A DNA stretch of 19,113 bases, from positions 1-19,113 of the forward strand of contig JBBCAX010000142.1 of the NCBI GenBank assembly GCA_051382335.1. Direction: 5' to 3'. The notes below the pieces were generated by a model, which made no database searches, was not told where the DNA came from, and worked only from the letters and a program-made list of their open reading frames with translations. The position numbers and the translations under genes are program-made. The DNA comes from Deltaproteobacteria bacterium TL4 (GTDB taxonomy: Bacteria > SAR324 > NAC60-12). The number at the start of each line of letters is the position of its first letter. Within the stretch, counting starts at the first letter, position 1. Shown one piece after another: positions 8,412-17,239 of this stretch.

Positions 8412-11400
8412 ATGGCAAACCTCCCCCACTACGAAATCAAAGAACAACTCTACGAAAGTGCCCACTCTACGGTGTACCGGGCCACTCGAACCACCGACAA
8501 CACCCCGGTGATTTTGAAAAACCTCAAGAAAGCACCTCCATCCCCGGAAGATACCGCACGCTTCCGAAGAGAATATGCGATGACCAGTGCCTTTGATCAT
8601 GAAGGCATCATCAAGGTACAGGCTCTGGAATCGTTTGAAAATACGCTGGTGATGACGGTGGAAGATTTCGGTGGAGAATCTTTAAGCCGACTCCTTCCTC
8701 AAAAAAAGCTGACTCCAGAAGAATTTCTGAAGCTCGCCATTGCTATTGTGGACAGTCTGAGCATCGTACATGATCGTCACATCATGCATAAAGACATCAA
8801 CCCCAGCAACATCATCTGGAATCCTGAAACCGGGGTGGTGAAACTCATTGACTTCGGAATTTCCACCGAATTACCCCGTGAGATCCAGTCTGTCTGGAAT
8901 CCTAATGTCCTCGAAGGTACCTTGCCCTATATGTCTCCTGAGCAAACGGGACGCATGAATCGCAGCATGGACTACCGAACCGATTTCTACTCGCTGGGTG
9001 CAACCTTCTACGAAATGCTGACCGGAAAACGTCCCTTTGAAGCTGAAGACGCGATGGGGATGGTGCATTGTCATATCGCTTGCGTTCCGGCTACGCCGGT
9101 TCTGGGGAATGGGGAATGGGGAATGGGGAATAGGCCGGAAATGCTGATTCGTGCTGTTTCCGACATAATCATGAAACTGATGTCTAAAAATGCCGAAGAC
9201 CGATACCAAAGCACCTTCGGACTGAAATATGATCTGCAAAAATGCCTCGATTTCCTCGTAGGTTGGGTAGATCAAAGCGAAACCCAACAAACCCCAAGCC
9301 CTATTCCCCATTCCCCATTCCCTCTTTTCTCGCTTGGCGAGAAAGACATCTCCAATCATTTCCAGATTCCGCAAAAACTCTATGGACGAGAAGACGCCCT
9401 CGCGGTCCTTTTGTCAGCCTTTGAAAGGGTCAGTCACGGAAGTAAGGAAATCATGCTGGTCGCAGGATATTCGGGTGTAGGGAAATCCGCGTTAGTGAAT
9501 GAGATTCATCGACCCATTGTACAACAGCGGGGTTATTTTGTTTCCGGAAAATTTGACCAATTCAAACGGGATATTCCCTATTCCGCTTTTACTCATGCTT
9601 TTCAGGAACTCTTTCGTCAAATCCTCTCGGAAAGTGAGCAACAGGTACAAGTTTGGAAGGATCAAATAGCGCGGGCACTCGGACCTAATGGTCAGCTCAT
9701 GATTGATATCATTCCTCTGTTGGAACTCCTGCTTGGAAAACAACCTGAAATCTCAGAGTTGGGAGTGGATGAAACTCGAAATCGTTTCAATTTAACCTTC
9801 CAGAATTTCATGCGAGCGCTGGGACGTCCAGAACATCCCCTGGTCGTTTTTCTGGATGACTTGCAATGGGCTGACGCTGCGTCTCTCAAATTGATGGAAC
9901 TCACCCTGACCAAATCGGAAGCCCAGTCTATTCTCTTTATCGGGGCTTACCGTGACAACGAAGTTGACCGCACACACCCTCTCCTCCAGACCCTTGATGA
10001 AATTCAAAAAACAGGAGCTTCGGATGCGCTAAAAAAGGGTTCTCTTGTGAACACCCTTGCCCTGCAGCCTTTGCAATTAAACCATGTCAGCCAAATCACA
10101 GCCGATACGTTACGGCGTCCTCTCCCTGAGGTACGTGAATTAGCCGAACTTTGTTTCCAAAAAACGAACGGCAATCCCTTCTTCCTGAGTCAGTTTCTAC
10201 AAACGCTGTATGAAGAAATCATTATCGAATTGAACCGGGAGCAAGGTTGTTGGGAATGGGAGATGGACAAGGTTCGTGCCCATCAAATCAGCGATGATGT
10301 GGTGGAGTTGATGGTCAACAAACTCAAAAAACTGTCAGAAACCTCCCAACGTATTTTGAAACTCGCGGCCTGTGTCGGCAATACCTTCAATCTGAAAACC
10401 CTGTCCCTTGTTTATGAGAAATCTTCTGAAGACACTTCCACTGACCTATGGGAATCATTAAAAGAAGGCTTGATCGAACCTGCGGATGATATGTATAAAT
10501 TCGTTGGGTTAGGTCATCCAGAAACCTCAGCGCCGAATTCCATGCGGGTGGGTGTTTTGTTCAATCCCACCTATAACTTTGTTCATGACCGCATCCAACA
10601 AGCCGCGTATTCATTGATTGAAGAAAGTCACAAACAGGAAAGCCATCTGGCTGTGGGACGGATCATGCTCAATAACGCACTGTCCTCACAAACAAGCTCC
10701 AGGGATTCTGTCATTGCGGAGGTACTCACTGAAAATGAAGACCAGGTGTTTGATATTGTCAATCACTTCAATCAGGCACTTTCTCTGCTCAACGAAGCGT
10801 CTGAAAAAGAACTGGTGACTCGCCTCAACCTTCAGGCCGGAAGAAAAGCACTGAAATCCAACGCCTATAAACCGGCACTGGAATATTTTGAGATGGGGTT
10901 GTCCTTGTTGACAGAAAACGATTGGGACCGTCGCTATGAATTAACAATGGCATTGCACACACATACTGTGGAAGCGGCTTACTTCAATTTTGACTTTGAA
11001 CGGATGGAACAAAAATCTGAAATCGCTCTTGGGAAGGCAAAAACGGTTTTGGAACAGGTTCCCCTGTATGATGTAAAAATGAAGATGCTGCATTCTCAAC
11101 ACCAATTGATGGCAGTCATCCAGACAGGATTTGAGATTCTGAATAAACTGGGAGTTCATCTCCCTGAAAATCCCAATAAAGGCTATATCTTGCTAGAGTA
11201 TATGAAAACCAGATGGGCCTTGAGAGGAAAAACTATTGAGGATTTGTACCATCTTCCCTTGGCAACCGATGCCCATTCGCTTGGAATCAGCAAAATTATG
11301 GGCGGAATGATGTCATCGGCCTATTTTGCGCTTCCTGATCTGTTACCCATCATTTCGCTTCATTTGGTTCGTTTTTCCCTGCAATTCGGCAACTTTTGCA

Positions 11401-13922
11401 ATACCTCTGTTTATCCTGCGTTTGGCTTGATTCAACTGGCAATACTCAACGATCCGGAATCCTGTTATGAATTTGGAGAATTAGGATTACGCCTTTCCCA
11501 AAAGGAAGAATTTCAGGAATCCAGAATCCAGAATGTTGAGTTGTTTTATACATTCAATCATCACTGGAAAAAACATCTCGAACAATCAATTGAGCCCCTT
11601 TGGGAAGGGTATCAAACAGGGATGGAATCAGGGGATATAGAGTATGCCCTGTATTGTCTGCAAATGTATCTCTATCATACTTTTCATTCTAAAAATGATT
11701 TAAAACAATATTTATTCCATGAAAATCACATTAATAAAATATTAATGAATTATAAAGAAATCACCGTTTTAAATACAATAAAAATACAACAGAATGCGGT
11801 TCTAAACCTCACAGATATTAAAATTGATTTTAAAAATATAAAACTTTCAGAAGATGATCCTCAATTATTGGAATCTTTCAGGGATAGAAATGACCAAACT
11901 GCCATTGTCTCAGTATTTTTATGGAAGCAGTACTTTTGCTATCTGTATCAAGACTATTCTCAGGGATTGATTGCCTCTGATCAAATTAATCTGGATGTTT
12001 GCATTGGGGTTCTTGGCTCATTTCATTACTATATTCATGACTCCTTAATTCGATTAGCGCTTGTTTCAACTGTTTCCAGGTTGAAACGGCAAAAATTTCT
12101 GCTGAAAGTTAAACGGAATCAGAAACAGGTAAAGCATTATGCCCACCATGCGCCTGAGAATTTTCTGCATCAGTGGCATCTGGTGGAAGCCGAGCTATTT
12201 CGGGTGCAACGGAATCAAACAAAGGCCATTCACCATTTCAATGAAGCGATCATTGGGTCAAAAAAAAATAACTACCTGAAAGAAGAAGCCCTTTCTTATG
12301 AACTGTTCGCTAAATTCTGGATTGAACAGAATAATTCTGAACTGGCAGAACATTTCATGCACAAAGCCCATTACGCTTACAGTTGCTGGGGAGCGTTGGC
12401 GAAGGTAAGGCATTTGGAAGAAACTTACCCTGCGTTTTTTGGTAGGTTGGGTAGAACGGATGTGAAACCCAACAAGGAGGAAGGCTCGGATCGTTGGGTT
12501 TCGCCACTTCAGCTAGCCGAAGGCTCTACCAAACCTACGGATTTTAACACCACCCAATCCTCGACTCGATCCACCACTCACAGCACAGGAACCACGACCT
12601 CCAATCTCCTGGATTTGACCTCGATCATGAAAGCCTCTCAGGCAATTTCGGGAGAGATTGTCCTGGAAACCTTGTTAAAACGGATGATTCATATTGTTTT
12701 GGAAAACGCCGGAGCCCAAAAAGCGACGCTTTTTGTAGGGAATGGGCAGGATGTTCAAGTTTTGCAATCGATTTCTTTTGACGGCAGCACCTGGTTACAT
12801 TCTAGCGAAAATAATGCCTCCCCTGATTCTCCACCGACCGTTATCAATTATGTGAAGCGGACACGGGAATCCGTGCTTATCAATGATCTTCGAGAAGTGC
12901 ATCCATTTTCCAATGATCCTTATCTGATTGAACATAAGCCTAAATCGATTTTGTGCCTTCCGATTTTGCGTCAGACTCAATTGATCTGCGTTCTTTATCT
13001 GGAAAACAATCTCACCACCGGAGCCTTCACGCCAGATCGGCTGGAAGTGCTGAGACTGCTTTCCTCCCAGGCCGCGATTTCACTGGAAAACGCCTTGCTT
13101 TACAGCAACCTCGAACAGCGGGTGGAAGAACGCACCCTGGAATTATCCAAGGCCTTGGAACATTTGAAAACGACCCAGAGTCAGTTGGTCGAGAGTGAGA
13201 AAATGGCATCCCTCGGAGGCTTGGTGGCTGGAGTAGCTCATGAGATCAACACACCGTTGGGCGTGGGCGTGACAGCGGCGTCCAACCTGAATGCCGAAGT
13301 GGGAAATTTCATGGAGATGGTCCAAAAGGGGAGTCTCAAGAAATCTCAGTTGGAGGATTTTTTTCAGGTGGTTCAGGAATCCAGTGATATTCTGCTAACC
13401 AACCTCCAGCGAGCCGCTGAACTGGTGCAGAGCTTCAAAAAAGTGGCCGTGGATCGAACCAGCGACAATCGGCAAACCTTCAAGATTCGGGAATACCTGG
13501 AGGAAGTGCTGCGCAGTCTGCATCCACAATTGAAAAAGACGAAGCATCACGTCGAAATTGAATGTGATGAAGAGATCACGCTGGAAAGTTATCCCGGAGA
13601 GTTTTCCCAGATCGTAACGAATCTTGTCATGAATTCCCTGATCCATGCCTTTGATGAAGGCGACGAGGGCACCCTTCGGTTTGAGATCACCCAGAATCCA
13701 AAACAGTTGCAACTGATCTACCGTGACAACGGCAAAGGCATTCCCCCGGAACATCTCCCCAAAATCTTTGATCCGTTCTTCACCACCAAACGCGCCAAAG
13801 GCGGAACCGGCCTGGGATTACATATTGTTTATAATATTGTTACTCAAAAACTCGGGGGAACCATTCGCTGTGAAAGTGAAGTGGGAAAGGGAACCGTGTT
13901 TATCATTCAATTAACTTCTTGA
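8412..13922 (+). CDS. Second HstK-type Ser/Thr kinase - AAA - TPR-like - GAF - histidine kinase (start 8412 preferred; 8403 is an in-frame alternative)
   Basis: Same motif set: [59 protein letters not shown] 8412 is the exact positional equivalent of ATG 1020 (offset 7392). Confidence 0.93.
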   Translation: MANLPHYEIKEQLYESAHSTVYRATRTTDNTPVILKNLKKAPPSPEDTARFRREYAMTSAFDHEGIIKVQALESFENTLVMTVEDFGGESLSRLLPQKKLTPEEFLKLAIAIVDSLSIVHDRHIMHKDINPSNIIWNPETGVVKLIDFGISTELPREIQSVWNPNVLEGTLPYMSPEQTGRMNRSMDYRTDFYSLGATFYEMLTGKRPFEAEDAMGMVHCHIACVPATPVLGNGEWGMGNRPEMLIRAVSDIIMKLMSKNAEDRYQSTFGLKYDLQKCLDFLVGWVDQSETQQTPSPIPHSPFPLFSLGEKDISNHFQIPQKLYGREDALAVLLSAFERVSHGSKEIMLVAGYSGVGKSALVNEIHRPIVQQRGYFVSGKFDQFKRDIPYSAFTHAFQELFRQILSESEQQVQVWKDQIARALGPNGQLMIDIIPLLELLLGKQPEISELGVDETRNRFNLTFQNFMRALGRPEHPLVVFLDDLQWADAASLKLMELTLTKSEAQSILFIGAYRDNEVDRTHPLLQTLDEIQKTGASDALKKGSLVNTLALQPLQLNHVSQITADTLRRPLPEVRELAELCFQKTNGNPFFLSQFLQTLYEEIIIELNREQGCWEWEMDKVRAHQISDDVVELMVNKLKKLSETSQRILKLAACVGNTFNLKTLSLVYEKSSEDTSTDLWESLKEGLIEPADDMYKFVGLGHPETSAPNSMRVGVLFNPTYNFVHDRIQQAAYSLIEESHKQESHLAVGRIMLNNALSSQTSSRDSVIAEVLTENEDQVFDIVNHFNQALSLLNEASEKELVTRLNLQAGRKALKSNAYKPALEYFEMGLSLLTENDWDRRYELTMALHTHTVEAAYFNFDFERMEQKSEIALGKAKTVLEQVPLYDVKMKMLHSQHQLMAVIQTGFEILNKLGVHLPENPNKGYILLEYMKTRWALRGKTIEDLYHLPLATDAHSLGISKIMGGMMSSAYFALPDLLPIISLHLVRFSLQFGNFCNTSVYPAFGLIQLAILNDPESCYEFGELGLRLSQKEEFQESRIQNVELFYTFNHHWKKHLEQSIEPLWEGYQTGMESGDIEYALYCLQMYLYHTFHSKNDLKQYLFHENHINKILMNYKEITVLNTIKIQQNAVLNLTDIKIDFKNIKLSEDDPQLLESFRDRNDQTAIVSVFLWKQYFCYLYQDYSQGLIASDQINLDVCIGVLGSFHYYIHDSLIRLALVSTVSRLKRQKFLLKVKRNQKQVKHYAHHAPENFLHQWHLVEAELFRVQRNQTKAIHHFNEAIIGSKKNNYLKEEALSYELFAKFWIEQNNSELAEHFMHKAHYAYSCWGALAKVRHLEETYPAFFGRLGRTDVKPNKEEGSDRWVSPLQLAEGSTKPTDFNTTQSSTRSTTHSTGTTTSNLLDLTSIMKASQAISGEIVLETLLKRMIHIVLENAGAQKATLFVGNGQDVQVLQSISFDGSTWLHSSENNASPDSPPTVINYVKRTRESVLINDLREVHPFSNDPYLIEHKPKSILCLPILRQTQLICVLYLENNLTTGAFTPDRLEVLRLLSSQAAISLENALLYSNLEQRVEERTLELSKALEHLKTTQSQLVESEKMASLGGLVAGVAHEINTPLGVGVTAASNLNAEVGNFMEMVQKGSLKKSQLEDFFQVVQESSDILLTNLQRAAELVQSFKKVAVDRTSDNRQTFKIREYLEEVLRSLHPQLKKTKHHVEIECDEEITLESYPGEFSQIVTNLVMNSLIHAFDEGDEGTLRFEITQNPKQLQLIYRDNGKGIPPEHLPKIFDPFFTTKRAKGGTGLGLHIVYNIVTQKLGGTIRCESEVGKGTVFIIQLTS
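9104..9134 (+). repeat. Heptamer tandem repeat (GGGGAAT)x4, in frame ([10 protein letters not shown])
   Basis: Four perfect ggggaat units then agg; paralogous to 1712..1742. Confidence 0.9.
9258..9323 (+). repeat. GTAG-type REP (9258..9289) followed by an inverted heptamer array (9289..9323), in frame
   Basis: gtaggttgggtagatcaaagcgaaacccaaca then aaacccc aagccct attcccc attcccc attccct; paralogous to 1866..1931. Confidence 0.82.
10503..10574. repeat. Possible decayed GTAG-type REP doublet in frame (VGLGHPET...VGVLFNPTY)
   Basis: gttgggttag...gaaacctcagc resembles the forward REP. gtggg...ttcaatcccacctat resembles an inverted REP (rc ataggtgggattgaac...cccac). Confidence 0.45.
12442..12538. 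repeat. GTAG-type REP doublet (REPIN-like, 97 bp) in frame in the kinase 2 linker
   Basis: gtaggttgggtaga...gaaacccaac (12442..12473) and inverted gttgggtttc...tctaccaaacctac (12493..12538). Absent from the equivalent linker of kinase 1. Confidence 0.85.
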
Positions 13923-13924
13923 AG

Positions 13925-14079
13925 TTCTCGTTCCCACGCTCCCGCGTGGGAATGCTGGATTCGGCGCTCCTGCGCCCTGTCAGGAACTCATTAACTTCTT
14001 GTGATTGCACCGCAAAAGCGGTGCAGGGGCGCGGGAGCGCCCCATTATGCATTCCCACGCAGGAGCATGGGAACGAGAA
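13925..14079 (+). repeat. CTCGTTCCCACG-type REP doublet directly after the kinase 2 stop codon
   Basis: Ends ttctcgttcccacgctcccgcgtgggaatgc / gcattcccacgcaggagcatgggaacgagaa. Internal hairpins ggcgc-tcct-gcgcc and tgcaccgc-aaaa-gcggtgca (14006..14025). 25-bp spacer. Confidence 0.92.
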
Positions 14080-14153
14080 TGGAAAAAGGTGCTGCTGCGT
14101 AACATGAGTCATCAAATTACCTTCTTGAAAAATGACCACATATAGGAGTCAAC

Positions 14154-15173
14154 ATGAACGACATCATACCAAAGGATTACTCTACTTTGCTTGGAGACAT
14201 CAAACAACGCATTCGTGACGCACAATATACAGCCTTGAAAGCTGTCAACCATAACTTGATCCAACTTTATTGGGATATTGGACGGATCATCGTGGAACGT
14301 CAGCAAGGAGAAACCTGGGGGAAATCCGTGGTAGAACAACTTGCGAAAGATTTACAATCCGAGTTTCCAGGAATCCAGGGATTCTCAGTCCGGAATATAT
14401 GGTATATGCGAAATTTGTATACAGAATATATCCACAATGAAAAACTGCAACCACTGGTTGCAGAAATTAGTTGGACTCATAACATCATCATTCTCACCAA
14501 GTGCAAAGATGACCTCGAACGTGAATTTTACATCCGCATGACCCGCAAGATGGGGTGGTCCAAAAACGTACTCATTCACCAGATTGAAAACAAAACCTAT
14601 GAAAAAACGTTATTAAGCCAAACCAATTTTGATCAGACAGTTCCTGAAGAAATCCGCAACCAGGCAAAACTGGCGGTCAAGGATGAATATACCTTTGATT
14701 TTCTGGAGTTGGGAGAGGAACACTCAGAACGTCAGTTGGCGCAAGCGATTCTGGGAAAGGTCGAACCTTTTTTACGGGAGATGGGCGGCGTGTTTTCATT
14801 CCTTGGCAGCCAGTATCGTCTGGAAGTTGGGGATGAGGAATATTTCATTGATTTGTTGCTGTACCATCGGGGACTCAAATCGTTAGTGGCGATTGAATTG
14901 AAAATTGGGAAATTTATGCCGGAATATGTGGGGAAAATGCAGTTCTATCTGGCCGTGTTGGATGACACTGTAAAAATGCCTGAAGAAAATCCATCTATCG
15001 GGATCATCTTGTGTAAAAGTAAGAACCAAACCATTGTGGAATATTCCCTGCGACAATCTGGAAAACCTATTGGTGTCGCCCAATATCAACGGGTCACAGA
15101 ACTCCCCGAAGAATATCGGGGACGTCTGCCCAAACCGGAACAGATTGCCCGATTGATGGATGATATTGAGTAA
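14154..15173 (+). CDS. YhcG / DUF1016 family PD-(D/E)XK nuclease-domain protein (339 aa)
   Basis: Family motifs AVNHNLIQLYWDIG, WGKSVVEQLAKDL, GFSVRNIWYMR, ISWTH, KDEYTFDFL, IDLLLYHRGLKSLVAIELK, ENPSIGIILC. AGGAG at 14144..14148. Confidence 0.92.
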   Translation: MNDIIPKDYSTLLGDIKQRIRDAQYTALKAVNHNLIQLYWDIGRIIVERQQGETWGKSVVEQLAKDLQSEFPGIQGFSVRNIWYMRNLYTEYIHNEKLQPLVAEISWTHNIIILTKCKDDLEREFYIRMTRKMGWSKNVLIHQIENKTYEKTLLSQTNFDQTVPEEIRNQAKLAVKDEYTFDFLELGEEHSERQLAQAILGKVEPFLREMGGVFSFLGSQYRLEVGDEEYFIDLLLYHRGLKSLVAIELKIGKFMPEYVGKMQFYLAVLDDTVKMPEENPSIGIILCKSKNQTIVEYSLRQSGKPIGVAQYQRVTELPEEYRGRLPKPEQIARLMDDIE

Positions 15174-15182
15174 CCCCTTTAA

Positions 15183-15319
15183 GTATCCTCTTCATATTTC
15201 TTGGTAAGGCATACATCTCGTTCCCATGCTCCAGCGTGGGAATGCTTGATTGGGCGCTCCTGCGCCCTGCACAGCGAAGCTGGGCAATCAGGAGTTACCA
15301 TGAAATTTGAAGAGGATAC
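15183..15319. mobile_element. MITE-like shell B (25-bp TIRs, 8-bp target duplication CCCTTTAA) enclosing one arm of the CTCGTTCCCA REP
   Basis: gtatcctcttcatatttcttggtaa (15183..15207) matches ttaccatgaaatttgaagaggatac (15295..15319) at 23/25. ccctttaa at 15175..15182 and 15320..15327. REP arm at 15217..15290. Confidence 0.85.
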
Positions 15320-15352
15320 CCCTTTAATAACAATCTTTCTGGAAGGAAAACC

Positions 15353-17146
15353 ATGTCAGACCCTATAAAACAAGTGGATGTCCCTCATGATGATGACGAA
15401 ATGCGTTTTGCGCCTGAAGACCCTGAAACACCCATAGAAACTCACGGATTCTGGAAAGTCCTGATTGTAGATGATGAGGCTGAAATTCATCGGATCACCC
15501 GACTCGCCCTTCGCAGTTTTCGGTTTGAAAATAAAAAACTTGAATTCATCAGTGCCTACTCCGGTAAGGAAGCTCGCCAGCAATTACTGGAACACCCTGA
15601 TACCGCCATCGTTTTACTGGACGTGGTCATGGAAACAGACAACGCGGGTCTGGAATTAGCGCGGTTGATCCGGGGAGAACTGAACAATCAATGGGCACGG
15701 ATCATTTTAAGAACAGGACAGCCCGGCCAGGCTCCTGAAGAAAAAGTGATCATGGAATATGACATCAATGACTACCGAACCAAAACGGATATGACCCGTG
15801 AACGCCTGTTTATGACGATGACTACGGCGTTAAGATCGTATCGGGACATCATGACGATTGATGCTCAATACAAAAAAGTGCAGAGCCTTCTGGAAGCGTC
15901 TGAGCGTTTTGTCCCCCAAAACTTTTTGAAAATTCTGAAAAAAAAGGACATCAGTGAGCTGCAATTCGGAGATTGTATTCAAACAGAAATGACGGTGCTG
16001 TTTTCGGACATTCGTTCCTTCACGTCCATTTCTGAAAAAATGACCCCTGAAGAAAACTTCCAGTTCATCAACGCCTATCTGAGCAAGATGGGTCCCTTTG
16101 TGAGACAGCACCATGGTTTTATTGATAAATATATCGGGGATTCCATCATGGCACTCTTCCACCAAACCCCCGATGACGCGGTTCAGGCTGCCCTTTCCAT
16201 GTTGAGGTATCTGGAGGAATATAACCTGGAGCAATCGCAAGCAGGAAAGGAGTCGTTGAAAATAGGAATAGGCATCAATACGGGCATGTTGATGCTGGGA
16301 ATGCTTGGAGAACATAACCGCATGGAAGGCTCGGTGATCAGCGACGCGGTGAATCTGGCCGCGCGTCTGGAGGGGTTGACCAAACTTTATCAAACGCCCT
16401 TGCTGATCAGCGAACATACCTTTTTCAGCCTCAAAGACCCTTCCCGATATCAGGTTCGATTCATTGACCGTATCAAAGCCAAAGGGCGATCCCAAGCGGT
16501 CTCGGTTTATGAGATTTATGAGGCCGATTCTCCAGAACTCCGTGCTCTAAAATCCGGCTCCATCAAGCTGTTTGAACAAGCCCTGTGCCATTATCATTTT
16601 CAGGAAATGGACCAGGCACAACCGCTGCTGGAACAATGTGTCGCGTTGAACCCACAGGATATTCCCGCGCAAATCTATCTGGCGCGTTGTCTGAGTTTTG
16701 ACCAACAAGGACGGCCTGAAAACAGGGAGGATGTCACCCAACCCGTTCAATGGACAGACACGCTTTCCACAGGAATTCCCCTCATTGACCGTCAGCATCA
16801 GAAGTTTGTTGACCGAATGAATCAACTGATGATTGCCATCAAACAAGGACGAGGACAGGAAGAGTTAGACTCGGTGATCCACTTTCTGGAAGAATTCACG
16901 ACCACGCATTTTGAGGATGAAGAGGTGTTGATGCGGCAATACGACTATCCTGAGTATGCCTGCCATAAAGCCCAGCACATGCGGTTCCTGGACGAATTTA
17001 ATAAAGTGAAACGGATGGATTTTCTCAGCAATCCCGAAAATTTTCATTGGGTTCTGCAAATTCGCAGTCAAATTGTGGATTGGTTCCTCAATCACATTGC
17101 CAAAACGGATCGGCAGTTAGGCGTCTTTCTCAAAGAACGGATGTAA
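15353..17146 (+). CDS. Response-regulator receiver - class III adenylate cyclase - helical/TPR-like - bacteriohemerythrin fusion (597 aa)
   Basis: REC: VLIVDDE, LLDVVME (phosphoacceptor Asp), LRTGQPG, DYRTK. Cyclase: VLFSDIRSFT, IDKYIGD, GIGINTG, SDAVNLAARLE. Hemerythrin: W...GIPLIDRQH, HFEDEE, HKAQH, WFLNHIAKTD. Confidence 0.92.
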   Translation: MSDPIKQVDVPHDDDEMRFAPEDPETPIETHGFWKVLIVDDEAEIHRITRLALRSFRFENKKLEFISAYSGKEARQQLLEHPDTAIVLLDVVMETDNAGLELARLIRGELNNQWARIILRTGQPGQAPEEKVIMEYDINDYRTKTDMTRERLFMTMTTALRSYRDIMTIDAQYKKVQSLLEASERFVPQNFLKILKKKDISELQFGDCIQTEMTVLFSDIRSFTSISEKMTPEENFQFINAYLSKMGPFVRQHHGFIDKYIGDSIMALFHQTPDDAVQAALSMLRYLEEYNLEQSQAGKESLKIGIGINTGMLMLGMLGEHNRMEGSVISDAVNLAARLEGLTKLYQTPLLISEHTFFSLKDPSRYQVRFIDRIKAKGRSQAVSVYEIYEADSPELRALKSGSIKLFEQALCHYHFQEMDQAQPLLEQCVALNPQDIPAQIYLARCLSFDQQGRPENREDVTQPVQWTDTLSTGIPLIDRQHQKFVDRMNQLMIAIKQGRGQEELDSVIHFLEEFTTTHFEDEEVLMRQYDYPEYACHKAQHMRFLDEFNKVKRMDFLSNPENFHWVLQIRSQIVDWFLNHIAKTDRQLGVFLKERM

Positions 17147-17239
17147 GCTATGAAACCCAACCTATACTTTTCACAGCCAGACTGGAAAAATCTCTTTTGA
17201 AGTCAGACTGGCCATCACACTATTTAAGGAGAAAACCTT

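Larger units (their letters stand above)
1..13922 (+). repeat. Tandem duplication of an [AAA-ATPase/nuclease + multidomain kinase] unit: 1..6677 vs 7393..13922
   Basis: Constant offset 7392 at 1/7393, 980/8372, 1020/8412, 1712/9104 and 1866/9258. The His-kinase regions 5748..~6655 and 12996..~13905 are near-identical at offset 7248. Confidence 0.93.

Noticed and set aside
10705..10722. tgtcattgcggagg resembling the start of a CGTC/TGTC-type repeat in a loop of kinase 2
   Set aside because: Too short, with no complementary arm and no second copy in the window.
13903..14139. Short ORFs 13919..14107 (+), 13903..14139 (-) and 5231..5419 (-) sharing FPRSRVGM / IPTRERGNE peptides
   Set aside because: They are translations of the REP doublet, not independent genes.
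5345..15290. CTCGTTCCCACG... repeats as a CRISPR array
   Set aside because: Copies are inverted and kilobases apart, not direct repeats with regular spacers; no cas genes.
17175..17212. cagactgg repeated twice upstream of the 17240 ATPase
   Set aside because: An 8-bp repeat with no other support; cannot be called a binding site.
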